Shown: positions 53,132 to 61,730 of the stretch, piece by piece | Numbering within the stretch: the first letter of the stretch is position 1 | How the letters are laid out: each line of letters starts with the position of its first letter | Assembly (NCBI GenBank): GCA_965659685.1 | Contig: CBFHXB010000009.1 | Location: 17,508-81,507 of the forward strand | Origin: Candidatus Poseidoniaceae archaeon | GTDB lineage: Archaea; Thermoplasmatota; Poseidoniia; Poseidoniales; Poseidoniaceae | Reading direction: 5' to 3' | Length of the DNA stretch: 64,000 bases | The notes under the pieces: model-generated | The model's database searches: none | What the model saw: only the letters and a program-made list of their open reading frames with translations | What the model was told of the DNA's origin: nothing | Made by a program: the position numbers and the translations under genes

Positions 53132-54885
53132 AGTGTCGAAGGCCACACCGAACGTCCATGGCTTCCGCCATGAGAACCGACGTCGCTGCTGAGGACGCGG
53201 AAGTCCTCGATGGGTTGGACGCCGAACAAGTGGACATGATGGCCGAGGCCGTCATTTTGGTCGACGAACACGACAACCCGCTTGGAAGGACCTCAAAGGT
53301 GAACGCGCACCGTCATGCGGGCGCCTATCACCGGGCCTTCTCCGTGATGCTCTTCGATGAGGAGAACCGCTTGCTTCTGCAGCGCAGGGCCGACGACAAG
53401 ATCACCTTCCCAGGGATTTGGGCCAACACCTGTTGTTCCCACCCCCTCGACGTCCCCGAGGAGCGTGAGGAAGAGGACGGAAGGGGCGTTCGACGTGCAG
53501 CGGTTCGCAAACTCAAGCAGGAACTTGGCATCGACGGGATGAGCACGGACGATCTGACCTATGTCGGTCGATTCCGATACCAAGCCCGCCAAGACGAGAC
53601 CTGGATTGAGCGGGAGGTCGACCACCTGCTCATCGGCCGTGTGACCGACCTCAGCCTCGAACCGAACCCCAATGAAGTGGCAGAAGTACGTTGGGTCAGC
53701 CAAGACGACCTTGAGGACATGCTCATTGAGGAATCACCTGACCACCCGATCGCTCCGTGGTTCCGTTGCATTGCAGCACGCTTGATGACCGATGCGTGGT
53801 GGAACGCCCGAACCAAGGAAGACATCGCCGCATTGCGTGACGATCACATCCACGACCTCGGGGACGTCAGCCACATGCTACCCGGTGCCATTGGAGCCGA
53901 CCTGCCGACTTCGGTGATGGAAGTCCTCCCGCTCATCGAATCCCGCATCGCCGCTCGACTGACCGCGTCGAGGCATCCCCGCTTGGGTCAGGCGATGATG
54001 CACCTCATCGAAGGTGGGGGCAAGCGCATGCGAGCTTCGCTCCCGTGGTTGGTTGCCAAAGCCATTGGCGACTCCCACAGCGGGTTGCTCGACGTCGGGG
54101 CCGCCATCGAAATCATCCACAACTTCACCCTCGTCCATGACGATATCATGGACGATGATCCAGTTCGTCGAGGACGACCCGCCGTGCACGTGGCCTACGA
54201 CGTACCGACGGCGATCAACGCTGGCGACGCCATGCTCGCCATCGCGTTCGAACACCTTTGCGATGCACCCGCGTTCGACATGAGTCTCCTGCCGGAGATT
54301 GTTGAGCGCATCGCATGGATGGTGCGACGTGTCTCTGAAGGCCAGCAACTTGACATCGAATTCGAGCACGACAGCAACGTCACCGAACCGAGGTACCTCG
54401 AGATGATCGAAGGGAAAACGGCCGTGATGTTCCAAGTGTGCTCAGAATTGGGTGCGTTGCTTTCCGGAGCCGACGAAGCGACCGTGGATTGCATGCGAGA
54501 GTGGGGCCTCAACGTTGGCCTCTGCTTCCAGTTGATGGACGACCTGATCGACGTCGTGTCCGACACGGCGACCCTGGGCAAACCCGCAGGCTCCGATGTC
54601 GCACAAGGCAAGCGGACCCTCATGGTCATCCACGCCCTCGACCAAGCAGACGGCCCTGCAAAGGACGCTTTGCTGCGGGCTCTGGGCAAGGGCGAGGAAG
54701 CGACCTCTGAGGACATTGAGGCCGCCCATGCAGGCCTCGAATCCTCTGGCTCCATCGCGTATGGGCGAGAACGCGCAACGGCGTACCACGCTGCAGCGCA
54801 TGCGTGCCTCGACCGGCTGCCCAACAGCCCCGCGCTTCGCGCGCTCCGCGAATTCACGGACCTTCAATTGGCCCGTCTTTCCTGA
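53128..54885 (+). CDS. fusion protein: type-1 isopentenyl-diphosphate isomerase (Nudix fold) plus geranylgeranyl/polyprenyl diphosphate synthase
   Basis: N-terminal half: HRAFSVMLF, FPGIWANTCCSHPL, RAAVRKLKQELGI. C-terminal half: first Asp-rich motif LVHDDIMDDDPVRRGRP and second Asp-rich motif FQLMDDLIDV. Confidence 0.85.
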   Translation: MKCRRPHRTSMASAMRTDVAAEDAEVLDGLDAEQVDMMAEAVILVDEHDNPLGRTSKVNAHRHAGAYHRAFSVMLFDEENRLLLQRRADDKITFPGIWANTCCSHPLDVPEEREEEDGRGVRRAAVRKLKQELGIDGMSTDDLTYVGRFRYQARQDETWIEREVDHLLIGRVTDLSLEPNPNEVAEVRWVSQDDLEDMLIEESPDHPIAPWFRCIAARLMTDAWWNARTKEDIAALRDDHIHDLGDVSHMLPGAIGADLPTSVMEVLPLIESRIAARLTASRHPRLGQAMMHLIEGGGKRMRASLPWLVAKAIGDSHSGLLDVGAAIEIIHNFTLVHDDIMDDDPVRRGRPAVHVAYDVPTAINAGDAMLAIAFEHLCDAPAFDMSLLPEIVERIAWMVRRVSEGQQLDIEFEHDSNVTEPRYLEMIEGKTAVMFQVCSELGALLSGADEATVDCMREWGLNVGLCFQLMDDLIDVVSDTATLGKPAGSDVAQGKRTLMVIHALDQADGPAKDALLRALGKGEEATSEDIEAAHAGLESSGSIAYGRERATAYHAAAHACLDRLPNSPALRALREFTDLQLARLS

Positions 54886-55354
54886 GACGGACGGCATCGC
54901 CCGGTCGGAGTTCACCTTCGACGAGCACTTCGGCGTACCAACGTGTTCGATCGTAGCGTGCGTTGGCGTCGATGGCTCGGAACGTGCCGTCGGTGAAGGC
55001 AGCCTGGATGGTTCGGCAAGGGGGAGCAGGACACGTCAATCGGGCCCGGACGGCACCCACCTCGAGCACGTCACCTTCGGAGAGGTCAGCAAAGGAGAGC
55101 CCCTTGATGAGCACGTTTTCACCGACGTCGCCTGGACGAACAGGATGACCTTCTTGACGAAGGGTTTGCAGCACCTCAAAGCTCCACAAACAAAGGGCGC
55201 GTGTGGGACCGCCGTGGTGCTTCAAATCGCGCTGGCGATCACCGACGCATCCGCCCTTCGTCACGGAAAGGGTCGGGACGGCGGGTTTGGGCACGCCACC
55301 TTCAGGTGCAGCGTGAAGCGAGACGACGCTCGCTTCGACGACCATGCGACTCAC
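54854..55354 (-). CDS. MOSC-domain protein
   Basis: Contains KHHGGPTRALCLW, VRPGDVGENVLIKGL and PCRTI. The GTG start at 55354 overlaps the aEF-2 stop (GTGA); an alternative ATG lies at 55345. The 3' end overlaps the IDI-GGPPS gene convergently by 32 nt. Confidence 0.7.
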   Translation of the reverse strand: MSRMVVEASVVSLHAAPEGGVPKPAVPTLSVTKGGCVGDRQRDLKHHGGPTRALCLWSFEVLQTLRQEGHPVRPGDVGENVLIKGLSFADLSEGDVLEVGAVRARLTCPAPPCRTIQAAFTDGTFRAIDANARYDRTRWYAEVLVEGELRPGDAVRLRKDGPIEGP

Positions 55355-57567
55355 TCGGCGTAGTAGGCTTCACCGTAGGGCTCGGGCTTGAGGCCCTTGC
55401 GCGTGCGGATGTCACCGACGACCTTGTCGAAGAGGTGCTCGGGGAGTTTCTCGAATCCGAGGTTCTCGGTGTTCCAGACCGCGCGTCCTTGCGAAGCAGC
55501 ACGGATGTCGTTGGAGAAACCGAAGGTCTCTGCGATGGGCAGCACACCGACGACGGTGGTCACTTCGCCCTCGCTGGGCATGTCTTCGATGATGCCACGG
55601 CGGTTGGTGACCTCACGGGTGACCTGACCAAGCCAGTCGTTGGGAACGGACACGAAGGCCTTCTGCATCGGCTCCATGATGACCGTGCGGCCACGAATCA
55701 TGGCGCCCTTGATGGCGTTGCGCACGGCGGGGATGGTCTGAGCCGGACCGCGGTGGATGGCGTCTTCGTGGAGCTTGGCGTCCACGACACGGACCATCAT
55801 GCCGGTCACGGGTTCTTCCGCAACGGGTCCCTTCTTGCAGACTTCGTTGAAGGCTTCAATGATCAGTTCCCGCGTCTCGTGCAGGCCTTGGATACCCTTG
55901 GTGTCGTTGACCAGGACGTTTGTGCCGTGGATGGCGTAGATCTTTCGCATCAGGTCCTTGTTCATGCCAAACTCGGCAAACTTGTCGCCGGTGGCTTTGG
56001 AGTCCTTGTCACGCACGGTGCCGTCACCAAAGTGGCCGTCGCGAAGGGCTTCGGTCACTTCATTGGACAAGGGTTCCACTTCGATGAAGAAGCGGTTGTG
56101 CCGGTTCGGCGACTTGCCTTCGAAGGCTCGACCGCTGTTGTTGGACTCAAGGCCCTCACGGTAGACCACGATGGGCGGGCTGACCTGGACCTTGATGTTC
56201 TGCTCTTCTTCAATGCGGTACACCGTGATCTCAAGGTGAAGTTCACCCATGCCAGCAAGCAACGCTTCACCGGTCTCTTGGTTGGTGGTCACTTGGAGCG
56301 AAGCGTCAGCCTTGGCCAAGGAACGCAAAGCGTCGATGAACTTCGGCAGGTCCTTCATGGACTTGGGTTCGACGGCCACGGTGACCACAGGGTCCGAGTA
56401 GTGACGAATGGCTTCGAAGGGGGTGAAGTCCTTGTCGCGAGAAAGGGTCACACCGGCCGCTGCGGACTTGATGCCCGTGATGGCTGCGATGTTGCCGGCC
56501 ACGACCTTGGGCACCGTGATGCGGTCTGCACCGACCATCATGGCCACTTGCTGCACACGCTCTGGCTTTGCAGCACCGATGGCGAACACGGATTCACCTT
56601 GGTTGATGGCACCGGAGTAGATCCGACCCACGGCCACCTCGCCGGCGTGTGGGTCCATCCAAATCTTGGTGATCATCATGGCCAACTCGGCATCGGGGTC
56701 GCAGGTGACCATGGCCTTGCCGATGTCGGAATCTGGGTCGCCGTTCCAAATGTTGGGAATACGGTAGGGCTGGGCCTGAACCGGGCTTGGGAGTTCTGCG
56801 ACGGCCATGTCGAGGAGCACCTCGTGAACAGGAGCCTTCTGTGCGAGGGTCTTCTGGTCCTCGTTGTTGCAGTACTCGAAGATCTCCTTGAAGGAGATGC
56901 CCGACTTCTGCATGTAAGGCACAGTGATGCCCCAGTTGTGGTACGCGGAGCCGAAGGCAACGGTACCGGAGCCCACGTCAACCTGCCATGACTTCCTGAA
57001 CTCTTCAGGAGCAAACTGGCGGATGAGCTTGTTGACCTTCTTGATGGTCTCTTGGAAGCGGGCCATCATGTCCTCAGGGGTCACCTGCAGTTCGTTGATC
57101 AGGCGGTCCACCTTGTTGATGAAAAGCACCGGCTTGACCTTCTCTTTGAGGGCTTGACGAACGACGGTCTCGGTCTGGGGCATTGGCCCCTCGACCGCAC
57201 AAGCGAGGATGAAACAGCCGTCAACGGCGCGCATGGCACGCGTGACGTCACCGCCGAAGTCAACGTGACCAGGGGTGTCGATGAGGTTGATCAGGAAATC
57301 CGTGCTCTCGTAGGTGTGCACCATCGAAGCGCTCGCTGCGTTGATGGTGATACCACGTGCGGACTCTTGCTCGTCGAAGTCGAGCACGCGGGCGGCGCCC
57401 GCGAGGTCGGAGGACATCATGCCGGCACCTGCGATCAGGTTGTCCGACAACGTGGTCTTCCCGTGGTCGATGTGTGCGGCGATGCAGAGGTTGCGGATCT
57501 GAGGGAGATCGTGCATGACCTCTGTGGCCTTCTTGATGTTGTCTTCCTTACGTCCCATGGTGACCAC
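55351..57567 (-). CDS. fusA: translation elongation factor 2 (aEF-2)
   Basis: Contains NLCIAAHIDHGKTTLSD, DTPGHVDF and the diphthamide-site context HEDAIHRGPAQ. 738 aa. Confidence 0.95.
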   Translation of the reverse strand: MVTMGRKEDNIKKATEVMHDLPQIRNLCIAAHIDHGKTTLSDNLIAGAGMMSSDLAGAARVLDFDEQESARGITINAASASMVHTYESTDFLINLIDTPGHVDFGGDVTRAMRAVDGCFILACAVEGPMPQTETVVRQALKEKVKPVLFINKVDRLINELQVTPEDMMARFQETIKKVNKLIRQFAPEEFRKSWQVDVGSGTVAFGSAYHNWGITVPYMQKSGISFKEIFEYCNNEDQKTLAQKAPVHEVLLDMAVAELPSPVQAQPYRIPNIWNGDPDSDIGKAMVTCDPDAELAMMITKIWMDPHAGEVAVGRIYSGAINQGESVFAIGAAKPERVQQVAMMVGADRITVPKVVAGNIAAITGIKSAAAGVTLSRDKDFTPFEAIRHYSDPVVTVAVEPKSMKDLPKFIDALRSLAKADASLQVTTNQETGEALLAGMGELHLEITVYRIEEEQNIKVQVSPPIVVYREGLESNNSGRAFEGKSPNRHNRFFIEVEPLSNEVTEALRDGHFGDGTVRDKDSKATGDKFAEFGMNKDLMRKIYAIHGTNVLVNDTKGIQGLHETRELIIEAFNEVCKKGPVAEEPVTGMMVRVVDAKLHEDAIHRGPAQTIPAVRNAIKGAMIRGRTVIMEPMQKAFVSVPNDWLGQVTREVTNRRGIIEDMPSEGEVTTVVGVLPIAETFGFSNDIRAASQGRAVWNTENLGFEKLPEHLFDKVVGDIRTRKGLKPEPYGEAYYAE

Positions 57568-57855
57568 CTTGCGGTGATTCGGGCCACCTGAACTGGGTTC
57601 TTAAGTGCCGCGCTGCGGACCTGACGGAAAGCCAAGGCTGAGCACGAAGAAGAGGAACCAAATCGGGCCTCAATCCTGCACAGCATCCAAAGCCGTACGA
57701 ACGTGAAACTACAGGGCCACCAACGAACCGGCCACGAGCATGGCGTTGGCCGTGACGTGAAGCGTCTCGAGCATGCCGGCGGCAGCATGGACAACGACGT
57801 CCAACGCTTGGACGAACAGGACCGCAACAAAAGCGCGATTCAGGGGTGCAAGGAC

Positions 57856-58473
57856 TCACCGGGCCGAGGCCGCGATTCGCTCAAGTTCTTCCTTCTTCGC
57901 CACGGCGAAGGAGGTCACGTCACCCGTGCTGGCCTTCGTCAACTCGTTGACGATGCACTGCTTCAGCGTGCGCTTGGACTTCCGGGTGCCGGACGCTGCG
58001 CCGGCCGCAAGGTTGCGAAGGGCGATGTCCAGACGACGGGATGGCGAAGCGTCAACGGCCTTGGGCTGAGACACTGCACCGAATTTGATTCGGGTGATTT
58101 CCTCCATGGGCGCCGCGTAGCACAGGGCGTCCACAAAGAGTTGGAGCGGGTTGTCGCCGGATCGCTCGGCCATGGCGTCAAGGGCTTGCTCGAAGGCCTT
58201 CATCGCACCCTGCTTCTTGCCGGTGTACTTGCCGGTTCGCATGAGTTTGTTGACGTAGCGCTCAACGACGCTGAGCTTGGACTTGCCAAACCACGCGTTG
58301 GCGTGGCGGCCACCGGTGTGGGGAACACCCACGGTGGTGAGGTTGACGTATGGCGCCAATCCGGGGTCGCGGCAGGTGACTTCGCTTGCGTCCCACTTGC
58401 CAAACACCTTGGTGCCAATTCCGGCGATGGGGCGGACCTCGGGGGCCTCTTGTTCGACGACTTCTTCGCTCAT
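57856..58473 (-). CDS. rps7: 30S ribosomal protein S7 (uS7)
   Basis: 205 aa. Carries the archaeal uS7 pattern with the C-terminal AKKEELERIAASAR. Confidence 0.95.
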   Translation of the reverse strand: MSEEVVEQEAPEVRPIAGIGTKVFGKWDASEVTCRDPGLAPYVNLTTVGVPHTGGRHANAWFGKSKLSVVERYVNKLMRTGKYTGKKQGAMKAFEQALDAMAERSGDNPLQLFVDALCYAAPMEEITRIKFGAVSQPKAVDASPSRRLDIALRNLAAGAASGTRKSKRTLKQCIVNELTKASTGDVTSFAVAKKEELERIAASAR

Positions 58474-58482
58474 GGAATCACC

Positions 58483-58911
58483 TCAGCGAACTGGCTTCTC
58501 CTTTCGACCGCGGACCATCTCGTCAAGCGAGACACCGTTGACCTGGATGACCTTGTAGCGGACACCGGGGATGTCACCGTACGAACGACCCATGCGACCG
58601 CCGATACCTTCGACCATCACTTCGTCGTGCTCGTCGATGAAGTTGATTGCACCGTCGCCTGGGGCGAAGGCGGTGAGTTTGTTTCCGTTCTTGATCAAGG
58701 AGATCTTCACGGCCTTGCGGATACCGCTGTTGGGTTGCTTGGCTTCGATGCCGACTTTTTCGATAACGATGCCCTTGGCTTGGGTGGAACCACCAAGCGG
58801 GTCGTGACGCTCACGCGTCTTCAACATCCGCTTCTTGTATCGACGATCGGACCAGCGGAACTTCTGCCGATCTTTTGCCATCTTGGCACCAGCAAAGAGT
58901 CCCCGACCCAC
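58483..58911 (-). CDS. rps12: 30S ribosomal protein S12 (uS12)
   Basis: Contains [30 protein letters not shown]. 142 aa. Confidence 0.95.
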   Translation of the reverse strand: MGRGLFAGAKMAKDRQKFRWSDRRYKKRMLKTRERHDPLGGSTQAKGIVIEKVGIEAKQPNSGIRKAVKISLIKNGNKLTAFAPGDGAINFIDEHDEVMVEGIGGRMGRSYGDIPGVRYKVIQVNGVSLDEMVRGRKEKPVR

Positions 58912-58951
58912 ATCATCACCTCATTGAAGCACGTCGCCCACCGACGCCCCC

Positions 58952-58959
58952 TATATCAA
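58952..58959 (-). promoter_or_regulatory. candidate TATA-like box upstream of rps12
   Basis: The minus strand reads ttgatata, 41-48 nt upstream of the rps12 ATG. It is the only A/T-rich island in the 117-nt divergent spacer. Confidence 0.3.
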
Positions 58960-59028
58960 AGCCACGATGAGGGGAAGGAGCCCACATTCGTCCGTGACGT
59001 TGAAGCCTAGCCGCCCTAAGGGGGGTCC

Positions 59029-60306
59029 ATGGCGTTCAGAGACCACCTCGATGCGGCCGTCACCGTGGCCGAACCGGTCAGCCTTGTGCACGGCCTTTGG
59101 CGCTGGTCGTACGCCAACGGCGGCGCCATGGCGATCTTCGAATCGCTGGTGGAGTCCCCAGGGCACAGGGCCGCGGTCAACATGCTCACGCGGGACCGCT
59201 TGTGTGCCGCCATCGGCATCGAACCCGAAGCCTACATCGACACCCTTGGTTGGGCGATGGCGAACCCCCAAACGCCGGTGATGGTCCCCGAATCGGAAGC
59301 GGAGGTCTTCCAAGTCCGTCGAGAGCAACCCGAACTCAGCACCTTGCCCATTCCCCACCACTGGCCGGAGGACGCGGGCAGGTACATGTCCGCGTCCGTG
59401 ATCGTGGCCGATGATGGTGAGCGGCGCAACATCAGTTTCCACCGCCAGTTGTTGAGGGACGACGACCACCTTGTGGTTCGGCTCGTTCCCCGGCACCTTC
59501 GCACGATGGTGGACGAGGCACGCGCCAAAGGCCGAGACGTCGACATCGCCATCGTGAACGCACCGGACCCTGTCGTCTTGCTCGCCGCTGCCTCAACCTT
59601 CTCGGAGTTCCTTGACGAAATGACCGTGGCCGCGGCTCTTCACGAGCGGCTCTACGAACGACCCCTACGGACAACGACCGCACCGAACGGCGTGGTCATC
59701 CCCGCGGATGCGGAATACGTGATGTGGGGACGCATCACGCAAGAGGACGATTCGGAAGGCCCCTACGTGGACATCACCGGCACCGTGGACGACGTCCGGC
59801 AACAACCCGTCATCCACGTCGAAGGGGTCTGCCACCGTGAGCACCCCATTTTCCACGCTCTGATTCCAGGAGAGGCAGAACACAAGACGCTGATGGGGTT
59901 GCCACGCGCACCGACGATCAAGGCCGCCGTGAATCAGGTCGTCACCTGTTTGGACGTCCACATGTCCGACGGCGGATGCGGTTGGCTTGCCAGCGTCATC
60001 AAGATTCGACGTGAACACGAGGACGACCCACGAAAGGCCATCGACGCCGCGTTCCGAGGTCATCCTTCAATGAAGTCGGTGACCGTGGTGGACGAGGACA
60101 TCGACATCACCGACCCAAATGCGGTGGAATGGGCGATGATGACCCGTTGGCAGCCAGACCGAGACACCGTCATCTTCCGCGACCAGCGTGGTTCATCCCT
60201 CGATCCTTCACGGTACGACGACGGAAGGACGTCCAAGGTTGGCTTCGACGCCACCGTGCCGTGGGGAGCAGAACGAAGCGCATTCTCAACGGTGCAACGA
60301 CCCTGA
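59029..60306 (+). CDS. UbiD-family (prenyl-FMN-dependent) decarboxylase
   Basis: 425 aa. Shows UbiD-like segments (RNISFHRQLL, LVVRLVPRHL, YVDITG, HPIFHALIPG) and gggggg 3 nt before the ATG. The substrate cannot be assigned by eye. Confidence 0.75.
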   Translation: MAFRDHLDAAVTVAEPVSLVHGLWRWSYANGGAMAIFESLVESPGHRAAVNMLTRDRLCAAIGIEPEAYIDTLGWAMANPQTPVMVPESEAEVFQVRREQPELSTLPIPHHWPEDAGRYMSASVIVADDGERRNISFHRQLLRDDDHLVVRLVPRHLRTMVDEARAKGRDVDIAIVNAPDPVVLLAAASTFSEFLDEMTVAAALHERLYERPLRTTTAPNGVVIPADAEYVMWGRITQEDDSEGPYVDITGTVDDVRQQPVIHVEGVCHREHPIFHALIPGEAEHKTLMGLPRAPTIKAAVNQVVTCLDVHMSDGGCGWLASVIKIRREHEDDPRKAIDAAFRGHPSMKSVTVVDEDIDITDPNAVEWAMMTRWQPDRDTVIFRDQRGSSLDPSRYDDGRTSKVGFDATVPWGAERSAFSTVQRP

Positions 60307-60315
60307 GGTGCATCC

Positions 60316-61329
60316 ATGGCGGACGACCTCGAAGCCCGCCTTCAGCACCCTCGCCGTCATCTTGGCGACCGCCATCTGGCGCAGGCCAGGAAATTTCTGA
60401 AACTGGCCGACCGAGACCCAGAGCGGGCTCAGGGAAATTTGGACTGGGCGGAACAACACGCACGACAGGCGCTGCTCTATGATTTCACGCAAGCCGATGC
60501 GTGGAGGCTGCTCATCGATCTCAAGCACCGCGTCGACGACGAAGCCGGCGTGCACGCGGTGTTGGAGGACCTCTTCACCGTCCTCGGCCGTGACCCTGAG
60601 CGGGCGGCTCAGTTGAGGGGCGTGACCCTCTTGCCGGTGGCCGCGGAACTGTTGGAAGCGGCTCTGCTCAAGGACCCGCTCAACGCCGACGCGTGGTGGA
60701 CACGTTTGATGGCCGAGGAACATGCCGACGAAGCCTTGCTCGAATTTGCATCGCGATGCCGGAGGCTGGACTTCACCGACGCCCGTGCATCCGTGATTTT
60801 CGCACGACGCCTGATCCGCGTCCGAACCCGTAACGAGGACCTCTTTGTCGAGCTGTCCACGCATCTGTTGGCTCATCGCCCCCAGAACCATGAGTTGTGG
60901 CTGGACCTTGGGCGCCTCCACGAAACCAGGGAGCGCTACAACGAGGCGTGGCTGTGCTACGACCACGTCCAAACCCTTCGCCCGCACATGGACGTGAGGG
61001 ACCGGTTCCAAGCTCGCCTGAACGCCGGCTTGGAGGGCGAGACCGGGGCACCATGGTCACCGCCTGACGTGGACACCCGTCAGCGCTTCCTTTCTGCCAT
61101 CATGGACCTGCGGACGCGGATTGCCCCGGTCGTGGAACAAGCCCCCGCCCCACCGGTGGAGGTTGAGGAGGAGGTGCGGGATCCTGTGCAGGCGAACATC
61201 GAAGCCCTCCTTGCACAGGGAGAACATGCTGAGGCCTTCTTCCTTGCACGACGGGCCTTGGCCAGCGGCGAGGCATGGGCCCAGGACCTCCTCGAACAAG
61301 CGCGGGCGGGCATGGAGGAACCGGAATGA
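60316..61329 (+). CDS. TPR-like helical repeat protein
   Basis: 337 aa, predicted all-helical, with TPR-like units (for example NHELWLDLGRLHETRERYNEAWLCYDHVQTLRPH). Its stop overlaps the next start. Confidence 0.5.
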   Translation: MADDLEARLQHPRRHLGDRHLAQARKFLKLADRDPERAQGNLDWAEQHARQALLYDFTQADAWRLLIDLKHRVDDEAGVHAVLEDLFTVLGRDPERAAQLRGVTLLPVAAELLEAALLKDPLNADAWWTRLMAEEHADEALLEFASRCRRLDFTDARASVIFARRLIRVRTRNEDLFVELSTHLLAHRPQNHELWLDLGRLHETRERYNEAWLCYDHVQTLRPHMDVRDRFQARLNAGLEGETGAPWSPPDVDTRQRFLSAIMDLRTRIAPVVEQAPAPPVEVEEEVRDPVQANIEALLAQGEHAEAFFLARRALASGEAWAQDLLEQARAGMEEPE

Positions 61330-61730
61330 TCCGCTTTGTGTTGGCTTGGGCCATCGAAGAGGAGGATCCGTTGCTTCCTCTCGGCGAGGGAGGGCGCCTC
61401 CTTCTCGTCAGGCATCCAGAGCGTGGTTGGGAATTTCCGGGTGGACGCATCGAGGACGGCGAGACGCCCGAAGAAGCGATGCACAGGGAATTGTTCGAAG
61501 AGACTGGTCGCCGCGGCACCGTCCTTGGATGGAACACGACCTACTACGACGAAGGATGGGTGGCCCTCATTCGATTGGAACCGGGCCAGGGCACCTTTGA
61601 CGACGAACACGTCGCAGAAACACGCTGGTGGGACGAGGTTCCACCAATGGAAGCGTGGGATGCAGGCGAATTCTCAGACCTCGGTTTGTGGGTCAAGAGC
61701 ATGCATGGTCAGTTGCGCCATCCGCTGTGA
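61326..61730 (+). CDS. Nudix hydrolase
   Basis: Nudix box GGRIEDGETPEEAMHRELFEETG. The ATG at 61326 forms an ATGA overlap with the upstream stop. Confidence 0.75.
   Translation: MIRFVLAWAIEEEDPLLPLGEGGRLLLVRHPERGWEFPGGRIEDGETPEEAMHRELFEETGRRGTVLGWNTTYYDEGWVALIRLEPGQGTFDDEHVAETRWWDEVPPMEAWDAGEFSDLGLWVKSMHGQLRHPL

Noticed and set aside
55201-56991. 596-aa ORF on the plus strand
   Set aside because: It is antisense to aEF-2, the best-supported gene in the window. The same reasoning applies to these antisense ORFs:
- 57703-59010, opposite uS7 and uS12.
- 31751-33226 and 33575-34570, opposite lhr.
- 28081-29079, opposite glyS.
- 47133-48299, opposite the actin-fold gene.
- 50002-50994, opposite the thiolase gene.
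- 18508-19563, opposite srp54.
- 21213-22478 and 24043-25059.
57709-57858. Stop-codon read-through or selenocysteine at the rps7 TGA
   Set aside because: uS7 ends with its normal conserved C-terminus. I see no SECIS-like element, and recoding of a ribosomal protein gene is very unlikely. The in-frame ORF is reported only as a possible independent mini-gene.
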